DNA of 64,000 bases, taken from contig JBHGNT010000009.1 of NCBI GenBank assembly GCA_043228905.1, positions 1,984,001 to 2,048,000 on the forward strand, written 5' to 3'. Positions within the stretch are counted from its first letter, which is position 1. Each line of letters opens with the position of its first letter. Origin of the DNA: Azolla caroliniana. Taxonomy: Eukaryota; Plantae; Polypodiophyta. The position numbers were made by a program, and so were the translations under genes. Below are positions 26,053 to 39,990 of the stretch, one piece after another. The notes under the pieces are model-generated. The model was not told the DNA's origin and did no database searches. It saw only the letters and a program-made list of their open reading frames with translations.

Positions 26053-28442
26053 AGGAGTGATCATGAATGTATATTTGGTTATTAAGTGTAACTACATTCC
26101 GCTTGTAACAAATCAAGTAATATAAAAGCATGTTTTTTGAATTCTTATGATTTCTAAAAAATCGTTTCTTATAAAATAACATTGGTTGTAAAGTTTGTGA
26201 TATAAATTGAGAATGTATCTTTTTGAAATTCGTCTTTTTTTAGTTACTTCTAAATCACGAAAATAGTGGATTTTTAACCTTTTTCATAGTATGTTTGAAC
26301 ATGTATGATACTGGTATCAATGTGTTTTGTAAAATCATTGAAAAAGCCCTAAAATTTCCCTTATCCTTCCATTTATGCACGATCCTTCCACTTGTGAAGG
26401 CGAACGTGTTACATGCTTGTTGGAACTGTCTTAATGATGATGTGGAGAAATTTGATAGGACATGCAAAGCAATGTACAGAGGGGAGAATGGAACTATTCG
26501 ATTGATCACTAATAACAAGTCACCTACAATTAATGCCCAGAAGTCGAAAATTGGAGATCTATGGATGTTGCTTGCACCCATACCATATGGAGCATATGGA
26601 CAACAAGATGTACCAGGGTATTTTCAACAAACAAATGGCCTCCAGCAGAATTTATTAAGCTAATATGGCACACATTAATAACTACATTGAGAGCCCAATA
26701 TCAACAAATTGATGGAACAAATGATGCTTCAGAATGAATGAGGTCGAATTTCAGAAAACAATGGTGTACTACACCGATGGCTGCAGAAACTAGAGTGGAT
26801 ATACGATGGCAGTACATAGTACCTAGATGATTGTTCCCCCCTCCCATTAGATGAAAGAGGGGCGTGAATGACATGAGAAACCTAGAGAACAAACATGTGG
26901 GCTATTGAGTGTAAGATAAATAAGTGATGTAGCCCATATGGAAGTAGGTAATGACTACCCATTAAAGGGACTAAAGTTGTGATTGAATGTCATTTTAACT
27001 AATGGAGCATATTCTTATTTCGAAAAAAAAAGCGTTGGAATTATTAGTGTCTCTTTGCTTGACAATTGTTCTTTATTAGAATTGTCTTAAGGCAACGATG
27101 TTGTTCTTTATCTGTGGGTCATGGAAATTTAAAGTGTAAACTACAATTGAACTAAAAGCTTAGAGAATTTTATCAAATGAACAAAACCCTTTTACTTTAA
27201 TATCTAGTGAGATATTTAGAGTCTCGTTTGTAAGGTGCAAAAACAATGTTATATTGTGTTTCAGCACATAATGTCTTGTTTTATATTATGTTCATGTTAT
27301 AGATGCATATTAAAGTTCATATGGTTGTGAACTAAATTTAATGAGTCCCCATGTTAGACATCACATATAAGAGGAAACTATCATGATTCATGAGGGAGGA
27401 GTTACCTTCAACTTAATTATTTGAAGGAATATCATGAGGCAAAGTTTATCATTTATAATCAAGGCCTAGGTACTTGGTTCAAGGATATATTAGAGTATGT
27501 TCTTTTTTCATTCAAGAAGACCAACGATAAGACGTTTGCATTAGAAACTTTGCATGTGGACCACCTTGAAGGAGATTGCAACTACATGAAACCCACATAA
27601 GATTGTAAACTAAGTAAAAGTGGTTGTCAATCACTCTCAAGCCTCTAGTTCCACAAACCTAATCCCACAAACTCTCACTCACACTTCCTCATGTTAAACT
27701 TCAATTAAAGGACTAATTAAATCTTAAGAAGAATTTAGAGAGTAAACATGCATACATAATACATATACATATAAGTAATGATAACAACCCCACCTCAATT
27801 ACTATGAGAGTTTATAACACATACAAAAATGCGCAATAATTAAGGTATAACTAATTAGTGCTTAGCCTTAATCACTCTACTCACTTATGTGAAATATTAA
27901 GGAAAGTGGAAGAGAGAGCTCAAGCTTAGGTTACACGAGGAGAGAAAAACTCAAGAGGGAAGAAGTGCAAGAAGTCATCATGTGCATTAGAGTTCACCTC
28001 TCTTACAAATCCATCCAATGATGAGCAATATAATTAGAGATTATGGATAATATCGATTAAAGGTACTTAACCATACTTATTAACCTCCAATGAAGAACAT
28101 GAAACAAACATAAAATATCATTGGCATCTCATTTCATCGATTATTACCATATGTTATACCTTAATTGTTGAATAACAAACGAGCTTAGCCTACCCAATAG
28201 AGCCTCAACAACACCTCAAGATGTCGTAAGGAAGGCGGTAGCTAGTCCCCTTTATCCAACCCAGCACCTAAAACTCCCAAACCAACACATGTTCCTAAGT
28301 GTAATGTGTCCTTGCATGTTTATCCCAAGTCCTAAGGTAATTGTTTCCCATCTTATCCTACATTAATTGTTGAATAACAAATGTAAAGGAGAGATCTTAG
28401 CCTCCCCAATAGAGCCTCAACAACATCTCAAGATGTCATAAG

Positions 28443-28934
28443 TGTTGTCCATAGGCCAGAAATATAAATACATTATGTAAACTCGCCAGTAGGTAGAATA
28501 GTAGGTGAGGAAATCGGTAGAACTAGAAATAGTTGAGTTTTTAGCCCTCACAATCAGCCGATGGCTCGGCTCTGTCTAAAGAGGAAAACTATATAACTCG
28601 AGATCTGCATACCTCAAAAGGATATAGATTATTTTAGCAAGATTACTATCGTAGCACCGAGCTTTGCACAAACTGTTTCCGGTCGAGAGCCGTGTATTGT
28701 AATCGCTGTGAGTTTCTCATTTAATATAAATCTTGCTCTTACTGTTCCTTCATCTGTGTATTCTCCCCGGTACTCGCAACTGAGCTACGTCTATGCCTAA
28801 CGGTTTGTAGCCCGTGTACGCTCCTCGTTCTCATATCATCTTCTCAGTGTAGGAGAGGCTTCCACGTAACACGACCCCTTGATATCGATAGCCTATGGGC
28901 TCATCGAAGGTGTTTCCCCTAGAAACAGTTAACA
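28443..28934 (+). mobile_element. Solo LTR (492 bp) inserted in one unit of a local tandem duplication
   Basis: TGTTG...TAACA termini; 5-bp TSD ATAAG at 28438-28442 and 28935-28939. The flanks rejoin a sequence duplicated at ~28160-28380. Confidence 0.88.
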
Positions 28935-30337
28935 ATAAGAAAGGGTAGCTAGTCCCCTTTATATAGCCCAACACCTAAACTTCCCAAACCATCACATGTT
29001 CCTAAGTGTAGTGTGTCCTTATGTGTTTATCCCAAATCCTAAAGTGATCATTTCCCTTCTTATCCTACATTAGAGTGTTAAAATCAATGTTAGAATTATC
29101 CTAAGGCTATGGGTATAACAACCTCATTCACAACTATCATTAACAACTAGTGAGAAGGTAAAAACTATATAAAGTACCTGTCTCCTTGCTTAAGTTTGGT
29201 TGATTAAATTCTATTTGATTTATATATATTTGTAGCTTCATTATAATCTCTTCTCCATTTTGATTAATATAGTTTATACTCCTTGGTGCGTCATTGCTCT
29301 TTTGTCTCTCTCGTAAACCACAGAACTAAATTAATTGTATGTAAAAGCTATCATTACTATATTGTTGCCCTCCCTATATATGTAGAGGGACAGAATAATG
29401 TCATAAAAAAATTTGAGTATCCAGATTATAAAATAGTCTTTACATGCTCTAGCGTTCACAATTGTAGCATAAGTATGACTTTCAGCTTTCTAATGTATAC
29501 ATTGGCTCCATGTCTCCCATCAAACATAAATACACTATTCATGTCCCAATTAGGCCATAACCCCCAACAACTTCAGTTCCATCTCATCCTTTGGTCCATT
29601 TTGCACATATTTGTTCAAGATCTATTTTTGAGGTATAAGATAGCAAGAAAACAAAACTTGCCATGTTTCTTTTAAATATTTCCAATAGCATGTGCAATAG
29701 GGCATGGAATGAATCAATGTATTCTATCTTCCAATTGACCAACTCAAAAGAAACATATGTATGATGCCAATCCTCCTCTTGTTGAACCTAATGGAAGCCC
29801 CCTAATTTCTCACTCTCTAAACGAACATCTTAGATCAAAATGGCAATTGAGAATGGCAACAACACTACAACATTTTTCACCACATTGCATCAAGCATTGC
29901 TACATTCCACTCCCCCTTCTCTCATTCACATAAACATAAACACAACTCACAACTAAAAGTTTACTTAATGCATATTGTCATATATTTATTGATCCTTGGT
30001 AGGAATATATAATTTTCTAGTTCATTCCAGTGGTGAGTTCTAGATTGTGGTGACTAATGCATAACTAACTCGAATTGTATCTAGCCTCTTTAGTGTATTT
30101 TGACACAATGACATACAATCTAAATTGTTCCTTGACTCCCGAGTCCCCACAGGTGTTGGACAAGACGTCATCCCTTACGAACAATTTCTTCTTTGTTAGT
30201 AATTAGTGCAATTACAAAGATATTCAATGTGACAAATGAATAATTACGTAAAATTAATAACACTGCTAGAGGTCTTGTCACAACATTGAAGATCCACCAA
30301 AAGGTAATTCTTGTATACCTTGTTTTAATTCGTTTAT

Positions 30338-30339
<2 letters not shown>

Positions 30340-30377
<38 letters not shown>
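30340..30377. repeat. (TA)n microsatellite; another at ~32360-32387
   Basis: Direct reading. Confidence 0.95.
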
Positions 30378-30379
<2 letters not shown>

Positions 30380-31139
30380 ATGAATGACGAGATAAGATAG
30401 TGATAAGACCATTATTATATCTATCCTACTCATTTTTTTGGTTTGCATCTCTTCACGAATCTAGCAACAATCCAATCCCATCTTAGCGGTTAGAGTGTCC
30501 TAGAAAATGCATCTAAATATCCTTGTTTTTCTTATTTTAATTCATAACATGAAGCAATACAAAAGTCATTAATCCCTTTGTATCATTAACAAAGTGTGAG
30601 GCATATTGTTATTTGGCAAATTCATCACTTGTCTTAGACCAACCAACTTACACCATGTTAACAATTGCAAACAATGGTGACCAAGAAGGAAAACATGTGT
30701 AATGAACCTTGTGAGAGAAAGTGGGTCTTTTATTTTTCCTGATGGGTTATGAACAATTACTCTTTTCCTCAAGTGAATAAGTTATATTGTTTGTGTTATC
30801 TCATTCCTTTAATTTATATCGTATATCATCTTAAAATGAAATGCAAGAAGGGTGAAAGCCTCTTTAAATGAAGAGTACCTCTAAAGCTCGGAATTAAAAA
30901 TAACATAATAGGGAGTTTTGTTTTTCAAACAAGATATCCTTCCATTAGTTTTAAAAAGCGTATCTGCTACAAAATACAACCAATAGGTTAGCGTTGCTTC
31001 TTCCAACAACACCTTTGTTACAAAAAAAAACTTCAAAAGCTTCCTTTAGAGCCTTGTGAAAAAGGGAATGATGTACAAAGCATTACTCACCTATTGCAGA
31101 TATTTATTCTGCAATTCAAACACATTCCGTACAAATGCT

Positions 31140-31740
31140 TGGTCTAGTCCTGAATGCATGGCATCCTGAATGCTTCTTTTCCAATAGTTGTTTTGGAGGT
31201 AAATTGACCTCCATACTGTTGCTTCAGCTTTGCTTCATGATCATCATTTGCACTCTTGTCAAATAGAAGCCTCCGATCAAGCTTCTTCCTTTAGAAATCT
31301 GCAAACAGATCCTTATGACTTATGTATGCAAGAAGATTAACAACCTTTTCAAGTGTTTCCAAATCATCCGAAAAGCTGAAACAACCATGTAATGAAGTGA
31401 GATTTGTACACACAGTTAAATCACCCAGAAAGTTCACTACATGAGGTTTTATATTCTCCTTCTCGAAGAATATGAAAGTGACCACATCTGGCATTACAAG
31501 TTCATGTTGCAATTCAATAAAAAGATGAAATGCTTCCTCTTCTTCCCCTTGATTGTTGATGCAATATGCTTCACTTAAAGTATTCCATGAGACTACAGTC
31601 ATCTCACACATATCTTCAAATGTCGATGGAGTTTCTTCCAAAGCACCACCTTTGCCATACATATCGATGAGTAAAGTACTGACCATAATATATTTTTCAA
31701 TCTCATCTCAAACCACATGTTCATGAATAATATACCCATC
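31140..31740 (-). pseudogene. Degenerate PLS-class PPR gene fragment
   Basis: VSTLLIDMYGKGGALEE...FEDM...VVSWNTL...PDVVTF. Confidence 0.8.
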
Positions 31741-32346
31741 TCTCAATGACCCTCAAGAAAATATGCTTCAATCCCTACACCTCCACATCAATCATCTCGC
31801 CAATCACGCCAAGTTCCTGTACAACTAAAAACGAAATAAATGTAAACTATTTCCTCCTCCCTCATGGTCTGCTTCGGCTCCCACACCGTCATCACTCATC
31901 CTCTCATCATATTATTATGGTTCAATCCCTATTGCCGCACCATCAACACACATCATAATGACAAAACCTAAAATGTTCTTCATTCAGTCCACATCAACAT
32001 CTTAATGAGCCGACCATCTTGGCATCTCGCCAATGGCCACGAAAATCTTGTATTAACAACAGAAAATTACGCTAAAAGTTTCCTCACCTACTCATGGTAG
32101 CCGGCTTCGACCCCCCCACCATCTTCACTCATCCTTACAAAAAAAAATTCAGAAAAAATGTCTTCATTCAGTCCACATCACCATCTTGCCGATTACCACC
32201 GAATTCCTATACAAATAACAACAAAATGAGTCCACAATATTTCCTCCTCTCCTCATGATCTGATTCGTCCTCCACACCATCATCACTCATCCTCTCATGA
32301 TCGCGATATGCTTCAACCTCTACCATCATTATTCCTCACCCTAATG

Positions 32347-32390
<44 letters not shown>

Positions 32391-32876
32391 CCAAACGATG
32401 TCGTATATGAACAAAATGATATTATAGTACCCTCATCACCTCTAAACAAACAATGCTTCGACCCACACACCATCTCAAGTTCGCCTTATGACAAAAAATT
32501 CTTCATTCAGTCCACATCAACCATCTCGCCGAATTCCTGTATAAATAACAACAAAATGAATGCAAACTATTTCCCATCATCATCAGTCATCGTAGTGAGA
32601 AACCTAAAAACTTCTTCATTCAGTCCACCTAACAAAGAAAAGAGAAAAACAGACTCCAAATTTGAAAATTACTAAACTCATAAGTAATTCTCCCTTTCAG
32701 TCAAAGTGACACCACTCTCCTCTCTGTTCATTAAATCGATTCTAGCCCTCAACATCTTCATCACTCATCCTTTTCCAAAATTAGAAGATGCTTCATTTTC
32801 CTCATCCACCATCTCATCCCTATCACTCCACATGCCTGCCCCTATCACATCCGCCTCTTTATGTCATTCCTCACAA

Positions 32877-35800
32877 CTATGTTTGAAATAAGAAAGGACT
32901 AGGAGGAGGGAATAGCCAACGTGGTGCAGCATAATCCCAACGATCTTCATGTGATTCATCCAGCCAAAGAGGTATTGGCCACCATATTTTATGAAGTTTT
33001 CGCCTTTTCTTATGCACCTTTTCCGGCGTTCCTTTAATACTGTCATACACTCCCTTAACCGTGTGCACCAAGTTGTCGCAAAACATCTTAATCATATTGA
33101 CAACATTGTAGTCGATGCCTTCATATTTCTTGCTGCAAAGACACTTCCACCATACCCATAAAGCATTAATTGAGACAATATTCCAAACAAAAGAATTTTT
33201 AAAATATTTACCACCAACAATGTTAGGACGGACTGCTTCAATTGTACTCTCTAACATACATAATGCTTCGGCACGTTGCTCCGCCTCATACAAAGATACT
33301 TGCACATTCAAAGACCCCCATAAAACAACCCCCCATGTAAAAATTGCTCCCTTATATTTACAAGAAAACATCCTCAATATTCTTCCCCAATAGTTTCGAG
33401 CTACATTACAAGTCCAAAATAAATGTTTTAAAGTTTCCTCCTGTACTTGGCAACACACACAACGACGATCATCGACTTGCCCTTTTAAATGAAAACCTAC
33501 AGGTAAAGCATAATGAATCATTAACCACTTAAAAGAAATTGCTCTCCACATACATGGTAAAGCCCATAAAGTTTTCCAAAATGTCCCCATATATTGATGC
33601 GATATAGCACCTGATTCCCAATGCTTTTGTGCAGCAGGATTTACGCATTGTCGTTGCATAAAAAATTATCTCCCATATCCCACAGAGTATTGGAAAAACG
33701 GGAGAATCCTACTCATTTGTTCATTTGTCGAGGAACAGCCAACAAAACGCCATGCATAATCAGCTGGGTCCCACTTCAGATGTGCCACTGGCTTCCTTTG
33801 GAATACGTATATTTGTATTGCATGATCCACCAAAAAAGGGCTCGGATCTAAGAAAAACTTCTTATCTAACCGAGCAATAACCCTAATGGGTTTTTCGGAG
33901 GCTAGCTGCATAACTTCAACTTCTTCATCCACTAAAGATAAAAGACCATCATCGACAACTTCATAAAATCTTTTTTGACCTTGATTAGCATAAGCTCGAG
34001 CACCTATTAAAACACCCAACGAAGAGAAAAGACCATACCATGTATAAGTATTAGCAAAATTAAGTTGCATTTGACTATTCTGAAAAGCTTGCTGCATATG
34101 CTGAAACATCAAAAAAACCCCATGCAAGGACGATAATAATTGTTTTCTGTCATCTTCTGAGAGCATTTGAAACCGCTCCCAAGCAGCCACAGAGGTAGGT
34201 GGTCTTGAGTCCATTTTTTCCCATGATAAATGTGGTCTAATTCCTAAAATACAGCCATAGCTATTAGTAAATAAAGGATTCCATAACAACGGTTGCCTTA
34301 AAAATTGGGCTTCCGTCGTTGGCAATTGAAATAGGACAGCCTCTCTAATGTCCTTCCATGCCCTCAAAATACCTGTAAAGAATCTCATAGAACCAACATT
34401 ATGAGCCTTAATTGGAAATTCAAAGTTAAACAACCATCGAAAACTATCTTGCCATTGTCCTCCTATTGTAGGTTTAATATTGCGAGGAGATAACAACCAT
34501 AACTTTTTCCACAACTCATTCCTGGGCATAAATCCTCTCACAACATGCTTTGCGAGAAGGGCCTTACTTTGGAGCAAAGGATCTATTAAGCCAAGTCCAC
34601 CTTCACGTATTGGTTGGATTAAAACTTACCAAGCAACTTTTGCAACAGCCCTTGATCCCAAAGGGGCACCCCAAATAAAATTACGAACTAAGCGTTGTAG
34701 TTTTAATATAATAGACCGTGAAAATAGCCATGTTGATGCAACATACCACATTGATGTAAGCAAAACTGAGTTTGCCACAATCACCCTTCCTAGTAGAGAT
34801 AACTTAGTAGTATCCCAATACAACAGTTTATTTCTAACCCGTACTAAAAGGGGTGTTACCAACTCTTCTGCAGAAAAATCTATCCCCACTTGACAACCCA
34901 AATACCTTACAGTTGTACGTCAAGGTACCCAAATAAAGCCTGGAGATGGCACATATTGTGGGGGAGAAGACGACGCAACCCAAAATCCCATGGATTTGTC
35001 CCAATTGATCAAAGCTCCTAAAGCATCACAAAAATCGGATAACACTTGTTGAAGGTTCAACAAGTTCCCCTCATCTGCGGAAACATATAAAGCGGTGTCA
35101 TCAGCAAATTCTGAATCAATAGCGGAGGCTGCATATCCTTGTATAGGTAAAGCTATACCACGAATGTCGACATTTCTACTCCTAAGAAAATCAGAGAAGG
35201 CTTCAGAAACTAAAATAAACAAAAAAGGAGCAAGCGAACACCCGTCTTACTAATCGCGAAAGTGAAAATCTACCACCAATATCACCTACAAACAAAAGAG
35301 AACTATGAGCGGCCTTATACAATGCTGCCACTGCCCTAATCCATTGCATTGGAAAGCCCATACGCAATAATGTCCCTTCCATAAAATCCCAATCCACTCT
35401 GTCATAAGCCTTCTCAAAATCTAAACACAATAGCTAAATCTTATTGTTGTTGTTATGTAGTACCCACCATTTCCCAAAACAAAAAAATATTATCAAAAAT
35501 ACTTCTTTCTTGAACAAAACCTGTCTGCGAATCATGAATTAGTTGAGGTAAAAACAGTTGTAATCTCCTTGCTATTGTTTTAGCTAAAATCTTATACACA
35601 ACATTAAGTAATGTTATAGGCCTCCATTTTCGAATATCATGCAAAGGGCCATCCCCCTTCGGAATCAAATATATTAGCCCCTCTGTCCATTCCTGAGGCA
35701 TAAATCCTTGATCAAGAATTTGTTGGTATGTAGAAGTCAATGCATTACCAATCATATCCCAATACTCTATATACCATGAAACCCCCATCCCATCTCTACC

Positions 35801-38800
35801 TGGACAAACATCCTTACCTAATGCCTTAGCTGCTCCGAGAACTTCCGAAGGTTGTAATGGAGCAAGCAAAATAGTTTGCATTTGAAGTGAAACTCGGTTA
35901 GAGACCGAAGCCCAAACATACTCCCTCTTAATCAAACTATTTCTTGATAGAGGAGTTGCAGTCAACAAATTATGACAAAAAGATGAAGCTATATCCCGCA
36001 TCTCTACAACATCCGATGTAAAAGATCCATCAAAACGCCCCATGCTTGTCAGATGAGGCTTATAAGTTTTAATTTGATGAGGATGAAAGAACTGTTTACA
36101 AACCGTATCAACTTGTCTACTCCATCTTGCAAAGGATTTATGATATCAAAACTCTGGCCTTTGCAATTGTAAATCTACAATCATTTTCCGGACATCAATA
36201 GCTCTTCTGGCTAAATCTACGGACTGAGGCCACTTTTCTTGCAAATGTTGTAATGCTGTCAAAGCTCGTTTATATCTTCCAATCTTGGAATCGTACTCAA
36301 GGTACAAAGCTTTCGCCTTATGCTGGAATACTTCCTGAATTTCCTTTAAGACATGTACCATATTAGATAAGACAACATCCTTATCATAAAGACATTGTCG
36401 TGAAGATTCTGGGCCATAGGTGGAAACAATGTGAAATGCACGGGAACACTGGTGTGCACGAGTGCACACCCCTAGCGAATTAAATAGTGTAAGTACTAGG
36501 CATAGGTAGAAGGAGGTGTACTAGGTAGTTAAGGCATTAATAGGGATTCAGACATCGCGTAAGTAGGGAGAGTTACGAGGAGAGAGAATCAGGGGGGAGA
36601 ATCTAGGAAGGGAAAGCAACAAGTCATGATTGCTTTGTAACGGTCGCTCCTTGTGCTATAAAAGGGATGACCTTTGACTGTTTATGGGATGTCATTTTTT
36701 AGAGAGGAAAGAAAACAGGGAGTCCTACGACAGAACACCAAAAGGCGCTTCCCCTGCTCGCGTTAGACGCCCGAGTGCTCCCTGCCAGGGGATCGACCTT
36801 CTGTGTGCCCACATGTCTTTGTATCTAACTACTGTAGAGCTCTACGCTCCATTGCCGGCACTGATATGGTTGTAATCACCCACAACGCCACGCGCATGTG
36901 TTGATTAATAGAAATTTGTCTACCTAACGGAAGTTGTGCTCAGCATCTCTATCTGCGCTTGTGTCTACACACGATCCTCTTACACTCTCTCTCTCGTCTT
37001 GCTAACCTTCTCAGTTTAATTGCGGTCTTAGGGCTTACGTAAACCACAAACCCTTCCTCCTCGCTTCTCGATTCCTTGGTACAAGACCACCGTGGTCCTA
37101 CCCAACTTCTATGCATCCGCGAGGATTTCCTCGACAACGTCGAGACCAAATACTTTGAACAGAATATTTACAATCTTCTCTAAAAACAACATAGTTAGGA
37201 ATTCTAAATCTATGAGTCCTTCTTACCGATGATAAAAAGAAATTTAATTTTAGAAGAGAGTGATCAGAGAAAGAAAAACTAGTCATAATTCCTAATTAAC
37301 CATTTCTACTCCACATAAAAACATCCCCATAAAATCTATCCAAACGAGAAAGGTTGACCCCTGCCAAGCGTCTATCAGATCTTGAAAAACATAAGGATTC
37401 TAGTAATCTATTAAAGGAAGGAACTAACCAAAGGTCAACCAAACGAAGTGACATACATAATCTTTCCCACGCCCAAATATGTGAAACTGCAATACATAAA
37501 CCCCCTTGAATATCGTTTGGACCAAAGGCTGGCAACCAAAAGTGTTGCCACCTCCTAAGGAGAAGATTTCCATATCTTAAGAGATGTCGTTCCCCTAAAT
37601 GATGTTCCTGAATCATGAGCACATCTATTGTGCCCACGTAAGGTTTTCTTAATTATTGTCTAAAAGCCCCTCTCATTCGTCGAAACCGATTACCTCCTAA
37701 TCCTTGTACATTCCATGAGATTATATTTAGAACATCCATAAATAGACTAGGAATTATGAAACTATCCTTTTTTCCGCCAAAACAAGACCTCTACGTTTTC
37801 CTTCCTCAGCAACACGTAATTGTCTTCTTGTTGTCATCATATCTTTACATGAATATTTATGTGAACGGACAGGGATCGTCTTTTCTAATGTAGAATTATC
37901 CCCGACACCCAAGGATATTGTCGAAAAAGAGCAATCATTAGTACTCTGAGGACTTTTCTTTTCCAAAACCGAGAGAGAGTTCTATTTTGATGTATCATCC
38001 TCATAAATTACTAAAGCTAACGGGTTGTCACAATCCATGTCATTACCTGAACAGTCAATCTTTCGCCCTTTGTCCTGAGACATCGAATGGGACAAGGAAT
38101 GAATGATATGTTTTCCTTTATCTCCCAATTGATTACCTTTGACTTGCCCCATAGAAAAAGCCTCTAACTTATGCTCACTTGTAAGGGCGAATGTATCATT
38201 AAATTCTTTTAACGGCAAGACTTCTTGATCTTGTTTCGAGGATGATGGACTTTGTACTTCGGTGACTGTATTCGCCTTCCTTAAATTATTTTTCAAAGAA
38301 ATATCACTACCTTTCTCGCTATTCAAAGGATTATACGGATTGCAATCCAACAAAAACATAGAATTTACCGAAGAACTAGGTTGTTTAAAAGAGTGTTTAG
38401 TTGCAACTGATGTCCAATCTGATTTTCCCAGCTTCGAAGTTGATTTGAAGACCTCCTCTGATCGATCGTGTCTACGTGGACACTCCTTCCCTAAATGCCC
38501 AAAATTTCTACATATAAAACATTGCTCCGGAAGACCCTGATACATAAGCTTCTGGGATAACGGTTCCTTATCTTCTTGTAGATTCGGCAACAAAACATAA
38601 GATGCTAATTCACTATTCCTAGGTGCCAAAATCCTCAGTGAAGGTGCTCCTCGTATACGGTCATCATCTTGTGAACTATCATTTTTAATTGCTATTATTG
38701 TGCCTAGAAGAGAGCCAATTTGAGTTAACACTTGACGTCATTCTTTCTTCAATCCTAGGAAATGGCAGTAAAAACCTTATGGGCTTCTTTGTTCTTTAAA

Positions 38801-39300
38801 ATATCATCAGCACTCACATTATGATTCCGTTTATAAAAAGATATCCATGCACCTTCCAATGATGTATGCTTGATCTCCAACAATTGGCCAACGGACGAAT
38901 GATCGGAAAACTCCAAATGATAACATCCTTTGCCCATAAATTGTATGTCTATCACATTATTTACTTCTTCCGGAAAAATCGCATATAACATACGACGTAA
39001 TTCAGGCCTATTCGGCCTAGGCCTTCCAAATATGCCACCAACAAGACTGCCTCCAACCGCTATACTTCTGTGAACACTAGGGTTTTTTCATTGTCTGACA
39101 AGGAGAGTGAGACGACCTTACCAAAAATATGAGGAGAGATGATAGGCGGGTCGAGGGAAGATACACATGAACTCCCTATGTGCATTGACTCAGGTGTCGC
39201 TCGCCGCTCAGCCATCACTCGTATCTCTGCTCACCATCTCTTTCTTCCACGTTGTTCACCGTCCACCTCTCAGGCTGATTTCCAATCCTCAACATAATAG
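32877..39300 (-). mobile_element. Degenerate near-full-length L1-type LINE: ORF1 (~37750-39050, CCHC knuckle) and ORF2 (~32877-37740: EN, RT, zf-RVT)
   Basis: CFICRNFGHLGKEC in ORF1; IISWNVQG, QEHH, RLDRFY, SDH, WRPITLLNVVYKILAK, LDFEKAYDRVDW, EFADDT and CVCCQVQEETLKHLFWTC in ORF2. Confidence 0.92.
36396..37136 (+). mobile_element. Solo LTR (741 bp) inserted in LINE ORF2
   Basis: TGTCG...CGACA inverted termini; flanks ACAT/ACGT (4-bp TSD with one CpG-type transition); CTATAAAA at ~36657. Confidence 0.8.
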
Positions 39301-39349
39301 GGATTTTTACACTATTATGCTAAAAGAAAAAAGAAAAATGGATGTTCGA

Positions 39350-39990
39350 TTTTAATCCAATGCAATGCATTGGATTCTAGCTGTATTGACTAAAATACAA
39401 TGTAGTGCATCATATTGTGGTGTCCGTTTCACGCAAGAGCATGCATTTGAACACACCACTCTTTTAGCCACTCCCGTTTAGCACATCACCCATTTTAGCC
39501 CACCCTTTTAGCACACCATTTTGGGACACGTGTAGCTAGGCCGTCCCAAAATGGGTTCTTTGTATCTTCTATATATTGAATGATAAGTATGAAGCTAGCT
39601 AGACTGGTTTTGATCTCTTATGTGCATTTCACAATATTTTAGTTTAAAATCCATGTTTTATTTTTTTATGGAAAAAATTAAAAAATTAAAAAAGCTTGGA
39701 TTTTCAATTGAAATCCAGTGCATTACATCATATTCTAGTTGAAAATCCAAGGTTTTTTATTTTTTCAAATTTTATCCAGTTGAAAATCCAATATAGTGCA
39801 TCAGATCCTAAATGTGGCTCTAGACACTAACACAAAGATAAACAAGAAGCATGACTTAGAACCATGATGCATTGCATCAGCTTATACTCTATACATCTAG
39901 TATCTCATGCAGTGCAATGGATTCTTGTTGTAAGTGTTGGATTTGCAACAAAAATCCGATGCATTGCATTAGATTTGAAAATATACAAAT
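39350..39990. repeat. Decayed array of ATCCRATGCA-N-TGCATYGGAT palindromes, same family as 61125-62770
   Basis: Repeated aatccaatgcaatgcattggatt-like units with gttgaaaatcc/ggattttcaa flanks; the block at ~39810-39865 matches ~63058-63112. Confidence 0.75.

Larger units (their letters stand above)
16661..26410. mobile_element. TIR DNA transposon (Sola-like, DUF7869-type DDD transposase) carrying a ParB-like + DNA methyltransferase gene
   Basis: Imperfect ~36-bp TIRs AACACGTTCGCGTTCACAAGTGGAAGGATTGCGCAT (16661-) and ATGCACGATCCTTCCACTTGTGAAGGCGAACGTGTT (-26410); 4-bp TSD ACAT at 16657-16660 and 26411-26414; two divergent genes inside. Confidence 0.9.
12400..26950 (+). mobile_element. Degenerate L1/Tx1-type LINE (APE endonuclease, RT, zf-RVT), split by the DNA transposon at 16661-26410; boundaries approximate
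   Basis: LLTWNIQG, QEHH, NIYAPN, GGDFN and SDH endonuclease motifs; LLDFEKAYDRISW, RQGCPLAP and YVDDT RT motifs; CSACGQLESISDCLWEC. The frame WGH|ACWNC is restored across the insertion. Many stops and frameshifts. Confidence 0.9.
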
